A DNA stretch of 64,000 nt from Meyerozyma guilliermondii. Lineage: Eukaryota. Every line of letters begins with the position of its first letter. Within the stretch, counting starts at the first letter, position 1. Shown here in pieces: positions 31,501 through 41,174 of this stretch. The notes under the pieces were generated by a model that was not told the origin of the DNA, ran no database searches, and was given only the letters and a program-made list of their open reading frames with translations. The stretch covers positions 682,001-746,000 of the forward strand of contig CP128816.1 of the NCBI GenBank assembly GCA_051546255.1. Direction: 5' to 3'. The translations under genes were made by a program, and so were the position numbers.

Positions 31501-33105
31501 TCACTTTCCAAACCTTTTCAACTCCAAGTACCGCAAAGGAGGGTAGATAACCGCTGTGAACGCCATGCACAACCAAAACCCAATATCTCCTCCGTAAGCT
31601 CCGATTTTACGGGCTATAGGACCTTGCCAATAGGTTTGGTTCATACCCACCACTGCACCCACTGCACCCACAATGAACGACGACATGGCTGCGAAACCGT
31701 TAGTTGTGTTCGCACGGCTGTCCCAGTTGTTCCAATTAAAGAGGTATTTGTCGGCGGAGGTTTCGTCGTTTTCAAACTCACGCCAGTGCATTTTCCGTAG
31801 CTTTGGCGTTCTGCGAAAAAGGACGTTTTCCAATACGAGAATGGTGATATACATGGATATCCAATATGCGAGCATCGGCAAGAAATTGCCAATGATGGTA
31901 GAAAAATGTTCTTTACCAGCGATTGATAATGCAAAATAAATGAGGGCTATCAAGAACGCCCAACACCATCGAGGCACGTAGATGAGTCTTTCGTCCAAAA
32001 GTTGGAATTCAAATGCTGCCGAATAGGTGTTCATGATATTGTTGCAAATGAGAGAAAAATACCATACGATCATGACAAATTGTCCAAATCGGCCCCATTT
32101 GTCAAATGTCTCGTTCATGAGTCCTCCTACGCCTCCTGAATTATAGGCTGTGAGCCACGGCTGGTAAGAATACGCAATGGTACCACACAAGGTACCCACC
32201 ACTGCTACTAGGGTAGTTGGAATTGACAAGCCAAGAAATGTTAAAAAGTACACCAGGAAGCTGGATGTATCCTCTGGAAACATAGCATAGTAATCTGAAG
32301 CACCAGAACCCCACGAAGCTGTCACAGAATAGCCAATGGTGAAAAACGAGAGCCAATTACCTCTTGTCGTTTCCAGGGAATATCCCAGATCTTTTATGAG
32401 TTTATTGGAAGCTGGGATGTGATGTGCCTTGTCACAGACCACCACATAAAAAAGGATTACTGCTATGATGATTGGAAGTGACAAAATCGTCTGGAATCTG
32501 ATTAGTACCTTGATACCAAACACCGCAATTACCACGCTCAATACTGATATTATGACGATTCCCACGTCCAATGGAGCCCCAGAAACAGCAGCAAACACTT
32601 GTCCTCCCACAACACAGTTCACCACTGACCATCCTACACCTCCCACAATGCAAATTACAGACACCAATTTGACTCCCCAAGTTCCAAAAAGTAGCCTAGC
32701 TCCAACTATCTGCCTACACCCAGACTTGGAGCCCATAGTGGAGAAGTAGGCTGCCACGGCACAGCCAAGGTTCATGGATATAATTCCAGATACCATTGAG
32801 TCTCGCAAGTTCAAACCAAAGACCAATGTAGGTAGAAAGAAAGAAGACATGGAAGTGAGTCCTCCACAAGCAGCTACCCATAATCCAAACGTGTGAAAAA
32901 ACTGCCATGATCTTCCATTTCTGGTGGAATTGACATATTCAAGACGCTCTTCGGGCGTATATCGGTCGATTCCATGCGCCTCGACTCCGAAAGAATCGAG
33001 TAGATAAATCCATCGAAGATATTTTGGAACTTTTGGAGGTATAACCTCGTATGTCCTGACGGATTCAATGGCCTCTGCCTTTTTTGTTGTTGTGCTATCA
33101 GACAT
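31501..33105 (-). CDS. TPN1: NCS1 purine-cytosine permease family transporter, Tpn1-like (vitamin B6/pyrimidine)
   Basis: GVEAHGIDR, SGCRQIVGAR, GWSVVN, ASDY, NTYS, GMNQTYWQGPIA, YGGDIG, YPPLRYLELKRFGK; about 12 TMs. Substrate not determinable from sequence. Confidence 0.75.
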   Translation of the reverse strand: MSDSTTTKKAEAIESVRTYEVIPPKVPKYLRWIYLLDSFGVEAHGIDRYTPEERLEYVNSTRNGRSWQFFHTFGLWVAACGGLTSMSSFFLPTLVFGLNLRDSMVSGIISMNLGCAVAAYFSTMGSKSGCRQIVGARLLFGTWGVKLVSVICIVGGVGWSVVNCVVGGQVFAAVSGAPLDVGIVIISVLSVVIAVFGIKVLIRFQTILSLPIIIAVILFYVVVCDKAHHIPASNKLIKDLGYSLETTRGNWLSFFTIGYSVTASWGSGASDYYAMFPEDTSSFLVYFLTFLGLSIPTTLVAVVGTLCGTIAYSYQPWLTAYNSGGVGGLMNETFDKWGRFGQFVMIVWYFSLICNNIMNTYSAAFEFQLLDERLIYVPRWCWAFLIALIYFALSIAGKEHFSTIIGNFLPMLAYWISMYITILVLENVLFRRTPKLRKMHWREFENDETSADKYLFNWNNWDSRANTTNGFAAMSSFIVGAVGAVVGMNQTYWQGPIARKIGAYGGDIGFWLCMAFTAVIYPPLRYLELKRFGK

Positions 33106-33176
33106 ACGAAAAGTGGTTTGTCAACGCAATCTTTTAAGTAAATTCATAATCGCTCATGCCGGTTCCTCGTAAGCGC

Positions 33177-33198
33177 ATATGGTGATTTTTCACCATAT
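33177..33198. promoter_or_regulatory. Perfect 9-bp inverted repeat ATATGGTGA-TTTT-TCACCATAT in bidirectional promoter
   Basis: Read directly in the 130-bp permease/TenA intergenic region; regulatory role is inferred. Confidence 0.6.
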
Positions 33199-33235
33199 AT
33201 AGCAGCAAGTACCGTACAATACTCAAAGTGAATTA

Positions 33236-33925
33236 ATGACTTATACGCTGCAATTACACCAAATTCATCAAGAAGAATTCACCAAGTCCATCACTCACCC
33301 GCTAACTAATGAGCTCTGTGCTGGTACCTTGTCAGATACCGCTCTTTATGTCTATCTTAAGCAAGATCTCAAATTTTTCTTAGAAGGACTTCGAGTTTTC
33401 GGTAAGGCAATTGCTTTATGTGACAACGAGGTTGCTATATTGACGCTTGGGAAACAAATCGGGTTCATTTGTAACGATGAAAACGACTATTTTCGAAAAG
33501 CCATCTCTGAAATCGAATCACATAATTTGCAGCAATTGAAAAAGGAATGTCCAAGTATGCTAGGAGAAGCACCAGCGCTCCCTGAGGTTCAGAAGTATAT
33601 TAACTTGCTCGAAGATATCAGCAACAACTGCAAATCTTATGCTGAAGTGATAACTTTTTTGTACATCATGGAGAAGGTGTATCTTGGTTGGGCCGAGCAC
33701 AACTATGAAACTGAAATTATTAAAGATTCTCTTCCCTACAAGTACATGGAATGGATCAAATTGCATAGTGGAAACGATTTTTCAGCATGGGTAAAGTTTT
33801 TGGAAGATGAAGTGAATCGAGTCACCACCACTGACGAAAACCAAAGACTCAGTGAGGCGGTTTTCGTGAAAGCAATTGATTTGGAAATTGCCTTCTTCGA
33901 TGCATGCCACAGGTATAGAGAATAG
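33236..33925 (+). CDS. PET18: TenA/Thi4-PqqC family protein (Pet18, TenA_E type)
   Basis: HPLTNELCAGTL, YLKQD (D44), IGFICNDENDYF, MEKVYLGWA, EWIKLH, LEIAFF. Confidence 0.88.
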   Translation: MTYTLQLHQIHQEEFTKSITHPLTNELCAGTLSDTALYVYLKQDLKFFLEGLRVFGKAIALCDNEVAILTLGKQIGFICNDENDYFRKAISEIESHNLQQLKKECPSMLGEAPALPEVQKYINLLEDISNNCKSYAEVITFLYIMEKVYLGWAEHNYETEIIKDSLPYKYMEWIKLHSGNDFSAWVKFLEDEVNRVTTTDENQRLSEAVFVKAIDLEIAFFDACHRYRE

Positions 33926-33997
33926 AATTCATCATATGAGAGAATATAGAATCATCATATTATCAATTTTTGCTATTTACATGCCTATTATTTTAAA

Positions 33998-34945
33998 TCA
34001 TTTGTACAAGAAGGAGAGCCATGACGATTGGCGAGCCTCTCTTTCGCTTTGAGGAATGAAAGCATCCACATGTTTCTTAATCTTCTCCACACCTTCCTTA
34101 GCGGTAGCTTCTCTTCCGATAACATCGACAAAACCTCCCTCGCTATCCATGAGGTAGAAAAAAATGGAGTGGTCCACCAAGTAGTCCTGTCCAGGTTTGA
34201 CATCCGGTGGAGTTGAAAAGTAAACACGATACTTCTTGCAGGCCAGCTTTATCTTTTCGTAAGTTCCTGTAAGACCAATAATCGAAGGATGGAAGTCTTG
34301 TAAGTAGAGCTTGATGATATCAGGGGTGTCTCTAGCAGGATCGCAAGTTATAAAAATTGGTTGCAATTCGATACCGTTTTCATTTTTGAGCTCCTCAAGC
34401 ATCTCTCCCAACTTGTCGAGTTCATCGGGACACACATCAGGGCAATGAGTAAATCCAAAGTAAATAATGGAAAACTTCTTCTCGTCATTTTTCAAATTGG
34501 CATCGGTAAACTGGTTTCCCTCGGTATCAATAAGATCAAAAGGACCTCCAATCAAAGGCTTTCCATGTCCCCGCTTTGATTCCACTTCCTTTTGAATCCT
34601 CAATCTTTCTTTTTCTTTGGCAAACCACCAGGTGACTCCACCACCAAGTGCAACAAGTAAAACAACAGCTTTCCAAGCAGAAAACTCAACGCTGTTTGTT
34701 GCGGCGTATTTCTTGTCGGTATTCTGCGATCCTCCAATGGCGACTCTACTCAAAGGGCGTTTTTGGGGTTTCGGTGTAGATGTAGTGGGCTCTGATGAGG
34801 TCGGTTGAGTTGACGGAGAAGATGTCGTTTTTTCATTTTGGTTAGGTTTCCTGGCTTCCTGGAGCCGCAAGTGGCTAAAGGTCAAATTTCTGCATCCTCT
34901 GAGCCCGGAGAGGTGCTGGAACCTGCGTGGGGTGATTCTGAGCAT
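33998..34945 (-). CDS. SCO1: Mitochondrial copper chaperone Sco1
   Basis: YFGFTHCPDVCPDELDK, DYLVDHSIFFYLMD, single TM segment, presequence. Confidence 0.95.
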   Translation of the reverse strand: MLRITPRRFQHLSGLRGCRNLTFSHLRLQEARKPNQNEKTTSSPSTQPTSSEPTTSTPKPQKRPLSRVAIGGSQNTDKKYAATNSVEFSAWKAVVLLVALGGGVTWWFAKEKERLRIQKEVESKRGHGKPLIGGPFDLIDTEGNQFTDANLKNDEKKFSIIYFGFTHCPDVCPDELDKLGEMLEELKNENGIELQPIFITCDPARDTPDIIKLYLQDFHPSIIGLTGTYEKIKLACKKYRVYFSTPPDVKPGQDYLVDHSIFFYLMDSEGGFVDVIGREATAKEGVEKIKKHVDAFIPQSEREARQSSWLSFLYK

Positions 34946-35027
34946 TATTCAATCTGATGAAATTGTAAGCAGTGCGAAATGTTTCTCACCACTTTCGCAG
35001 TTCGCAGCGAAGACTCAGCCGTTTAGT

Positions 35028-36806
35028 ATGGTAGCCGAATTGGTCCAATGGGCCAAAACACAGGGTTTGGAGCTCAACGAAGGCATAGAGTTCAGAGGTA
35101 TTGGGGAGAATAATACGGGGGCTTTTTATACAACCAACAATGGAGAAAAGCCATATATTCGCTTACCAGTGGAATTGGCTATCACGGTTGATTCTGCCCT
35201 TCGAAGTTTTGGTCAAGATTTGGAGGCATTGCGGGACCAATGTGATAGCTCAAACACGGTTCTCAAGTTGTGTTTGGCAAGAGAGCGATCTCGGTTGAAA
35301 AATTCAACAATCAAGAAGTATCTTGAGTGTCTACCAACACTTCAACAAATGAACACTCCCTATTGCTGGGATGCAGAAACAAAGAGGTATCTTCAAGGAA
35401 CCAACCTCGGTAGCTCATTGAAGGAAAACATTGGCGTTTTGGTTGAAGAATGGTGGAAAATCATCAATTTACTTCCCGACCTGGTACAGAAGCCAGAACA
35501 GCATTTTGTGAATATGAAATACTATTACGAGTCCAAGTTTTACACAGATGACGACGCATACGCATACTTTGTCACCAACGAAGATCCAGCAAACTGGACA
35601 AGTTTTCCAAACTTTTTATGGGCTTCTATCATTCTCAAGTCTCGGTCGTTCCCAGCCTATTTGATAGCAGATGCTGTAGATTGGGACGTTAAGCGGCACG
35701 ATACGATGCTATTGCCGGTGATTGACCTCTTGAATCATCTGCCTTCAGCTCACGTGGAGTGGGGCTTGGAGCGTAAAGAATCAAAGAGCTATTTTGTGTT
35801 CAAGTCGGATGATGTAAAATCGGGTTCACAATTGTTCAACAACTATGGCATGAAGGGGAATGAAGAGCTACTTTTGGCATATGGCTTCTGTCTTGAGGAC
35901 AATTCGTCGGATGTATCTGCATTAAAAATCAAGGTGCCTCCACAATTGTTACCTCAGTTGCAGCAGTTTGGAGTCCGTTTACCTCGTCTTGAAGATCATA
36001 CAAACTCCATTGTGGAAAAGCCAGACACTGATCCTAACGACAACGAGAACCACGAAGGCTTGTATTTTCTCAAAAAAAATGTTGTTCCGCCCGACTTGAT
36101 TCTTCTTTTCCAAGTGCTTGTTAAGAACGAAATGGAAACCGAAGTCACACTAAGAATGAAGTTAGCCGGTCTTAATCAGCTTCGCAAAGCTCTCGAGGCT
36201 AAGGCTGACATCCACGCAGCACTCAAAGTTCCTGATGTGGACAATGATAACTACAGAAACATGAAAATTTATGTCGAGTCACAGAAGGTCATTTTGGCTT
36301 CTTGTGTTAAGCAAATCAAGCATATTGAAAAAGACATGTTGGCGGATCCCAATATCAAACCTCGTTTGATCTCGTTGAAAACTGTCTATAAGAACGATCT
36401 TCGGTTCCAACAATCATTATTGGTGACTCTAGGAGTTACTTCATACGACACCTTGATAGAAAACCAGCTTCAAGACCAATGCTGGCTCCTTTGGTTAATG
36501 CGTTGTTACAACCGGCCGCAGTATATAAAGCTGAAAGACGACGAGGAAGAAAATTACTTGCCTGAATGGGTTCATGACGCATTTGTCAAATTGAAGGAGA
36601 AAACCACCGTTAGTGCCATGGCGGTTGTTCAACACAAAGAGTTATACCAAGAGCTAGTTGTGCCGCTTTCACAGATGGTTCCTGAAATCTACGGCGTCGG
36701 GTCGTGGAAAGTAGAGGACATGGTTGTCAGTGGTCTATTGTTGGATGCAATCAGTTTTCACCGAGGCAAAAACCAAGAGTGCATTTTAGTAGGGCCTAGT
36801 ACATAG
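35028..36806 (+). CDS. RKM1: SET-domain ribosomal lysine methyltransferase Rkm1
   Basis: LLPVIDLLNH, FNNYGMKGNEELLLAYGF, TNLGSSL, WTSFPNFLWA; ATG 35028. Confidence 0.82.
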   Translation: MVAELVQWAKTQGLELNEGIEFRGIGENNTGAFYTTNNGEKPYIRLPVELAITVDSALRSFGQDLEALRDQCDSSNTVLKLCLARERSRLKNSTIKKYLECLPTLQQMNTPYCWDAETKRYLQGTNLGSSLKENIGVLVEEWWKIINLLPDLVQKPEQHFVNMKYYYESKFYTDDDAYAYFVTNEDPANWTSFPNFLWASIILKSRSFPAYLIADAVDWDVKRHDTMLLPVIDLLNHLPSAHVEWGLERKESKSYFVFKSDDVKSGSQLFNNYGMKGNEELLLAYGFCLEDNSSDVSALKIKVPPQLLPQLQQFGVRLPRLEDHTNSIVEKPDTDPNDNENHEGLYFLKKNVVPPDLILLFQVLVKNEMETEVTLRMKLAGLNQLRKALEAKADIHAALKVPDVDNDNYRNMKIYVESQKVILASCVKQIKHIEKDMLADPNIKPRLISLKTVYKNDLRFQQSLLVTLGVTSYDTLIENQLQDQCWLLWLMRCYNRPQYIKLKDDEEENYLPEWVHDAFVKLKEKTTVSAMAVVQHKELYQELVVPLSQMVPEIYGVGSWKVEDMVVSGLLLDAISFHRGKNQECILVGPST

Positions 36807-36811
36807 TCTAT

Positions 36812-37387
36812 TTAATCCTCCTTGATGCCTCCAGTGCCGCTGACCTCAGCAGCCTCCACCGAATGCTTGTCGGTCTTGATGTCTTGGGCACCAGACAAAG
36901 CTTGCATGAAACCTGGAGCAGCCTTGAAAGGTCTCTTCAAGTCACCCGAAGCAGGTGTACCAAAAAGGTGAATCTTGACGATGTTGGCCTCACAAGCAGA
37001 CTTAACGGCAGTCACAGATTGCATAAACAAGGGGTTAGTGTATTTCATGTAAATGTGCATGAATCCCATCATCGCCATGGAGGTGAAGATTGACTTGATT
37101 TGCGCATTGACTTGTTGCAAGTCATAATCCTTGACGGTAGTAACAACAGCCTTCTCTGTGGCGGCTCCTCCAAGAGGGTTGGCTGGTTCCACATACTTAA
37201 GTGTAGTCAAATCGTTCTTAGCATTGATCTTTGCCCGAGTGATAAGGTAGATGAGAAAGGCAATAGCCTGGCACGACAAGTAACCAACACGCACATAAAA
37301 GAGAATATCTGGGTCCTCGAAGTTTATTTTTCTAGCGAGCTGCATCATGACAAGCATGACCACCAAATTGCTGACGGCAGGATTCAT
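36812..37387 (-). CDS. PHO88: SND-pathway ER protein Pho88/Snd3
   Basis: MNPAVSNL, TTLKYVEP, TTVKDYD, MMGFMH...YTNPLFMQS, GDLKRPFK. Confidence 0.93.
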   Translation of the reverse strand: MNPAVSNLVVMLVMMQLARKINFEDPDILFYVRVGYLSCQAIAFLIYLITRAKINAKNDLTTLKYVEPANPLGGAATEKAVVTTVKDYDLQQVNAQIKSIFTSMAMMGFMHIYMKYTNPLFMQSVTAVKSACEANIVKIHLFGTPASGDLKRPFKAAPGFMQALSGAQDIKTDKHSVEAAEVSGTGGIKED

Positions 37388-37725
37388 GGTGAAGGTGTAG
37401 TTTGCAACGAGATTTTGCCGCGCTGTTGAAAAATGGCGGCGTTACAAGTTACCCGGCGCCGATAAAGAATGTCGCGGAGCAGAGCAGATTCGGAGCGAGC
37501 GCGAGCTGCGGCTTGAAATACGAGGTGAAGAGTAAACTGTCTTTTTGCAAATTGATAGACCCAAGTTTATAGACCTAAGTTCATAGAGTTTTGCTATATT
37601 TAATAGTTAACTTGCCTACTCTTGACTTCAACTCTTACTTCTTTTCCTGTTCTTCTCTATTTTCTTTCTCCTCTTGCATATTTTCAAGATTTTGCAATTA
37701 CTATATACTTTTATATTGCTTCATC

Positions 37726-40410
37726 TCACAACGCAGCGTCTTCATCAAATGTAATGTCTCCAAACTCCCAGCACCCGACATGGCTGCTTCTGGCACTCTC
37801 TTGACTGCGTAACAAACCCTGGTAGATGTCTTTGATGTGAGGATGGTCCTTGACTTCTTTGTCTACCAATGCCCATCCGTCGGCCACAAGTTGCTTGTTA
37901 ATGGTGTAACTAGCATCCTTGAGCGATTGCTCGGCGTCATAGATGATACCGTCATAGTCGACTCTAGAGTCTGAAGATGGCACAGCACTCAATACCAACT
38001 TCTTGTCGAATGCAAGGTCTTCTAATGCATACAAAGCTTCGGTAAGGTAGTCGGTGGGCTTTGTGGGAGGAAGCACCAAACCTTGTAATTTGGTGGTGCT
38101 GGCAAAAGCAGGGTACTGGGCCACCCCAAACTGACTGGGAAGTGATCTCAAGCCGCTTAAGGAAACCTTGTCAATGTTACCGAAATCAATGTGCTTCACC
38201 TCATATTTGGCGCTGGTACGATCGTAATTAACAACCTTGGCTCGATAGTATTTGCCGTTTTCAGAAAACTTGGCGGAAATCAATTCGTTCTTCTTTGGAG
38301 CCCGACTCAAGTTGTGCGGTAAATCAGTGGAGTTCTCGCTAGCACTAGGTGGCTGAGCGTGGAACTCACTAAACTTTTTCTTGAACGAAGAAAACCGAGC
38401 CTCGGTGTCGGCGTCCAACTTCTGGAACGAAAGAACCCCACTGGGATCAATATCGGTAACTTCAATATCAAAAAATTTAGGCTTAGTAGCCTCCAATGAT
38501 AACGAGCTGATCCTGGCTTCATTGGCCTCTTGCTGGGCTCTTTCAGCAGCTGCGTCGTAATTGGACCACATACCCTTTTTCGCAGCCTTGGCATCTTCCT
38601 CTGCTTTTTCCATATCGGCGCCAAACTTGTTGGAGCGAAGAGAAATTTCATGGGTTGCAACGAAACCTTGCTCTAAAAGAGTAACTTGCACTGGAGAAAG
38701 TGCCTTGGAGTTGGCGTAGAGATTCCCAATAAAACTACCGACTTTATCGGTATCGTAGACTTCAAACTCAACGGGACGTTGCAAAAACTTTCTGTTCATA
38801 AACTTGAGTCCACTTTCAGCGTGAGCACTGTTCTTATTGTTGGTCAAGCCACCAAGAACTAATGTCAACTTGGTGCCTTCCTTAGGGTTAAAGAGCTTCA
38901 CTCTGTTAGCAGAGGAAACATACTCGACGTAATACCCACCAGAAATTCTACCCTTCTGCTTGAACCCAGGCAAGAAAGTCTTTGCTTTAGTCAAATTTTC
39001 AGAAGCATCAACAATTCTAGGACTAACAGTCACAACCTTGGAAATGTCACCCGAGAAAAAGATACCCTTTTTGGCCAACTTCTTTTGTTCTTCTTCCAAT
39101 TCAATCAATTTATCCCAGTTCATGGCTCTCTCTCCAGAAGTAGCCTTATTGTGTCTGATAACAGTGGCCCATCCATTCTTCACTACAACCTCCGACAAGT
39201 CGTAACCGCTTACAACAAGTCTAACGAGGAAACGGCTGTCGAAGCCAAGGTCCTTGTTGGCGGCTCTGAGCCCATCAATGTGCATCACAGCATTCTTGCC
39301 AATTGCAAAATGTCTCACAAACTCTCTAGCAGAACTGACTATTGAGCCTTGCAATTGCGAGTTAGTGGTAATGGTAATGTCCAGCGGACGAGGTGCCCTA
39401 ACAGATGCAAGTTGCACCGTCAATTCTTCGTCTGAAGGAAGACGAACGACAACAGTATCTGCGCCGACAATTTTGGCGATTGTCACATTTTCGACGGTTT
39501 GTCCAGGACGAAGAGACTTTGACGAGCTCGAGCTTTGACCCAAAATCTTTGGTTTGACAGAAGCATGGAGTCCTTTACCTAAAGCCTTGGCAGTTTGTTC
39601 AGCTTTTCTCAATTGTCCCATTACCGTGGAACCGAGAAGTGGCAGTTGCCAGTCAACTATTTCAGCCCAACCGTTCTCAAGCAATTTTTCGTGGATACTG
39701 TTTCCTGAAGGGTGGATAAAAAGTGCAATTGGAACACCCGATTGACTTTCTCCAACCACAGACACCTTTATAGCAGCATTCGTGGTTAAGAGTTTATCCT
39801 CTACAAAAGCCTTTGCTTCGTTTGCAATCTTTTTATTTGCATTTTCGTCGTCAGTGCGCTGGCAACGGATACCTGCAAGCAAAAGAGGGGTGACCACATG
39901 GTGAGATTTGTTGACGATAATGCGAGCCATGACTCTGTCACCCGAAATCACCTTTTCAACAACGGTAGAAATGGGAGTTTTTTGGGACTTTTCCTTGATA
40001 TCCGGGGTCAATTCCTCCACAGAAACCAGATTTTCACCTCCCCAGACCCCTAAACCTGCTGTACGAGCCTTGGTTTCGACAGTGACCAATTCGGGAACAC
40101 TCTCAGTATCATTTTCCTTGAGTTTAACCATGCCTTTCGCCAAGAGATGTTCAATAAGCGAGTCGAACACTGGCGCATGCAAATCACCAAACTCCCTGCC
40201 GCTGGGGGTCTTGTAGAGCACCGTGAACTTGACTTCTTTGCCGATCAAAAGTTGTCTTAAATACTCCTTGGCGGCGTAAGATTCACCACGGACATTTGAA
40301 AGGGTGAGAATTCTCTCGGGGGCAGGCACCTGGTTTGTTTTAGCAGGCACAAGCACCACCGAGTCGCCACTCAAGACGTTTTTCACTTTTGCTACCAATG
40401 GTTGTGGCAT
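37726..40410 (-). CDS. SND1: Tudor staphylococcal nuclease (Tudor-SN/SND1)
   Basis: Four SN repeats (VLSGD, VISGD, IVGAD...), Tudor domain AKFSENGKYYRAKV...IDFGN, C-terminal WEFGDI. Confidence 0.92.
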   Translation of the reverse strand: MPQPLVAKVKNVLSGDSVVLVPAKTNQVPAPERILTLSNVRGESYAAKEYLRQLLIGKEVKFTVLYKTPSGREFGDLHAPVFDSLIEHLLAKGMVKLKENDTESVPELVTVETKARTAGLGVWGGENLVSVEELTPDIKEKSQKTPISTVVEKVISGDRVMARIIVNKSHHVVTPLLLAGIRCQRTDDENANKKIANEAKAFVEDKLLTTNAAIKVSVVGESQSGVPIALFIHPSGNSIHEKLLENGWAEIVDWQLPLLGSTVMGQLRKAEQTAKALGKGLHASVKPKILGQSSSSSKSLRPGQTVENVTIAKIVGADTVVVRLPSDEELTVQLASVRAPRPLDITITTNSQLQGSIVSSAREFVRHFAIGKNAVMHIDGLRAANKDLGFDSRFLVRLVVSGYDLSEVVVKNGWATVIRHNKATSGERAMNWDKLIELEEEQKKLAKKGIFFSGDISKVVTVSPRIVDASENLTKAKTFLPGFKQKGRISGGYYVEYVSSANRVKLFNPKEGTKLTLVLGGLTNNKNSAHAESGLKFMNRKFLQRPVEFEVYDTDKVGSFIGNLYANSKALSPVQVTLLEQGFVATHEISLRSNKFGADMEKAEEDAKAAKKGMWSNYDAAAERAQQEANEARISSLSLEATKPKFFDIEVTDIDPSGVLSFQKLDADTEARFSSFKKKFSEFHAQPPSASENSTDLPHNLSRAPKKNELISAKFSENGKYYRAKVVNYDRTSAKYEVKHIDFGNIDKVSLSGLRSLPSQFGVAQYPAFASTTKLQGLVLPPTKPTDYLTEALYALEDLAFDKKLVLSAVPSSDSRVDYDGIIYDAEQSLKDASYTINKQLVADGWALVDKEVKDHPHIKDIYQGLLRSQESARSSHVGCWEFGDITFDEDAAL

Positions 40411-40499
40411 CGTGGAGAGTTCGCACCGACGAGATTACAGGTGTAAACGTAGCGTAAGCGCGCGTGAGAGCTAGCGGAGTGGAAGGGTGCGAACAGCGA

Positions 40500-40529
40500 G
40501 ATTTAGCGACACTGGATTTAGCGACACTG
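40500..40529. repeat. Perfect 15-bp tandem duplication (GATTTAGCGACACTG)x2
   Basis: Read directly in the SND1/UBC7 divergent promoter. Confidence 0.9.
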
Positions 40530-40588
40530 TCCCGCACCGTCCCGACCCTCCCACCATTTCGCACCCAAATTTCTCACTTGTGATCACA

Positions 40589-41089
40589 ATGCCACGTACC
40601 ACTGCCCAACGTAGACTCCTCAAGGAATTTCAACAGCTCTCCAGGGACCCACCAGAAGGTATAATTGCCGGCCCCGTATCAGAAAATGACCTCTACAAGT
40701 GGGAATGTCTTCTCGAAGGTCCGACGGATACCCCATATGAAAATGGAGTGTTTCCTGCTATTCTTGAGTTCCCCAAAGATTACCCTCTCAGTCCCCCGGT
40801 GCTCAAATTTGATCCTCCCATCCTTCATCCCAATGTCTACGCCGACGGAACAGTGTGTATATCCATTTTACATGCTCCTGGTGAAGATCCTAATCACTAC
40901 GAGCGGCCCGAAGAAAGATGGTCGCCGGTACAAAGTATAGAGAAGATTCTACTTAGTGTGGTTTCGATGCTTGCGGAACCCAATCCGGAGAGTGGAGCCA
41001 ACGTAGACGCCTGTAAGCTCTGGAGAGACCATAGACAAGAGTTTGACCGCCAGGTTAGATCACACGTGAGACAGAGTCTTGGGCTTTAA
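40589..41089 (+). CDS. UBC7: ERAD E2 ubiquitin-conjugating enzyme Ubc7
   Basis: [22 protein letters not shown]...ERWSPVQS with the acidic loop insertion; ATG 40589. Confidence 0.95.
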   Translation: MPRTTAQRRLLKEFQQLSRDPPEGIIAGPVSENDLYKWECLLEGPTDTPYENGVFPAILEFPKDYPLSPPVLKFDPPILHPNVYADGTVCISILHAPGEDPNHYERPEERWSPVQSIEKILLSVVSMLAEPNPESGANVDACKLWRDHRQEFDRQVRSHVRQSLGL

Positions 41090-41174
41090 AATGCGGCGCG
41101 CCGTATGGAGCTTCCCGATTCAGCGATAGGAATTCGAATTCCGCTGACTATATATAAGGGCACAGTTTCCGAGT

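Noticed and set aside
33106..33235. TPP riboswitch in the permease/TenA promoter (GCATGAGC on minus strand)
   Set aside because: Lacks the CTGAGA core and splice sites, and the region is too short.
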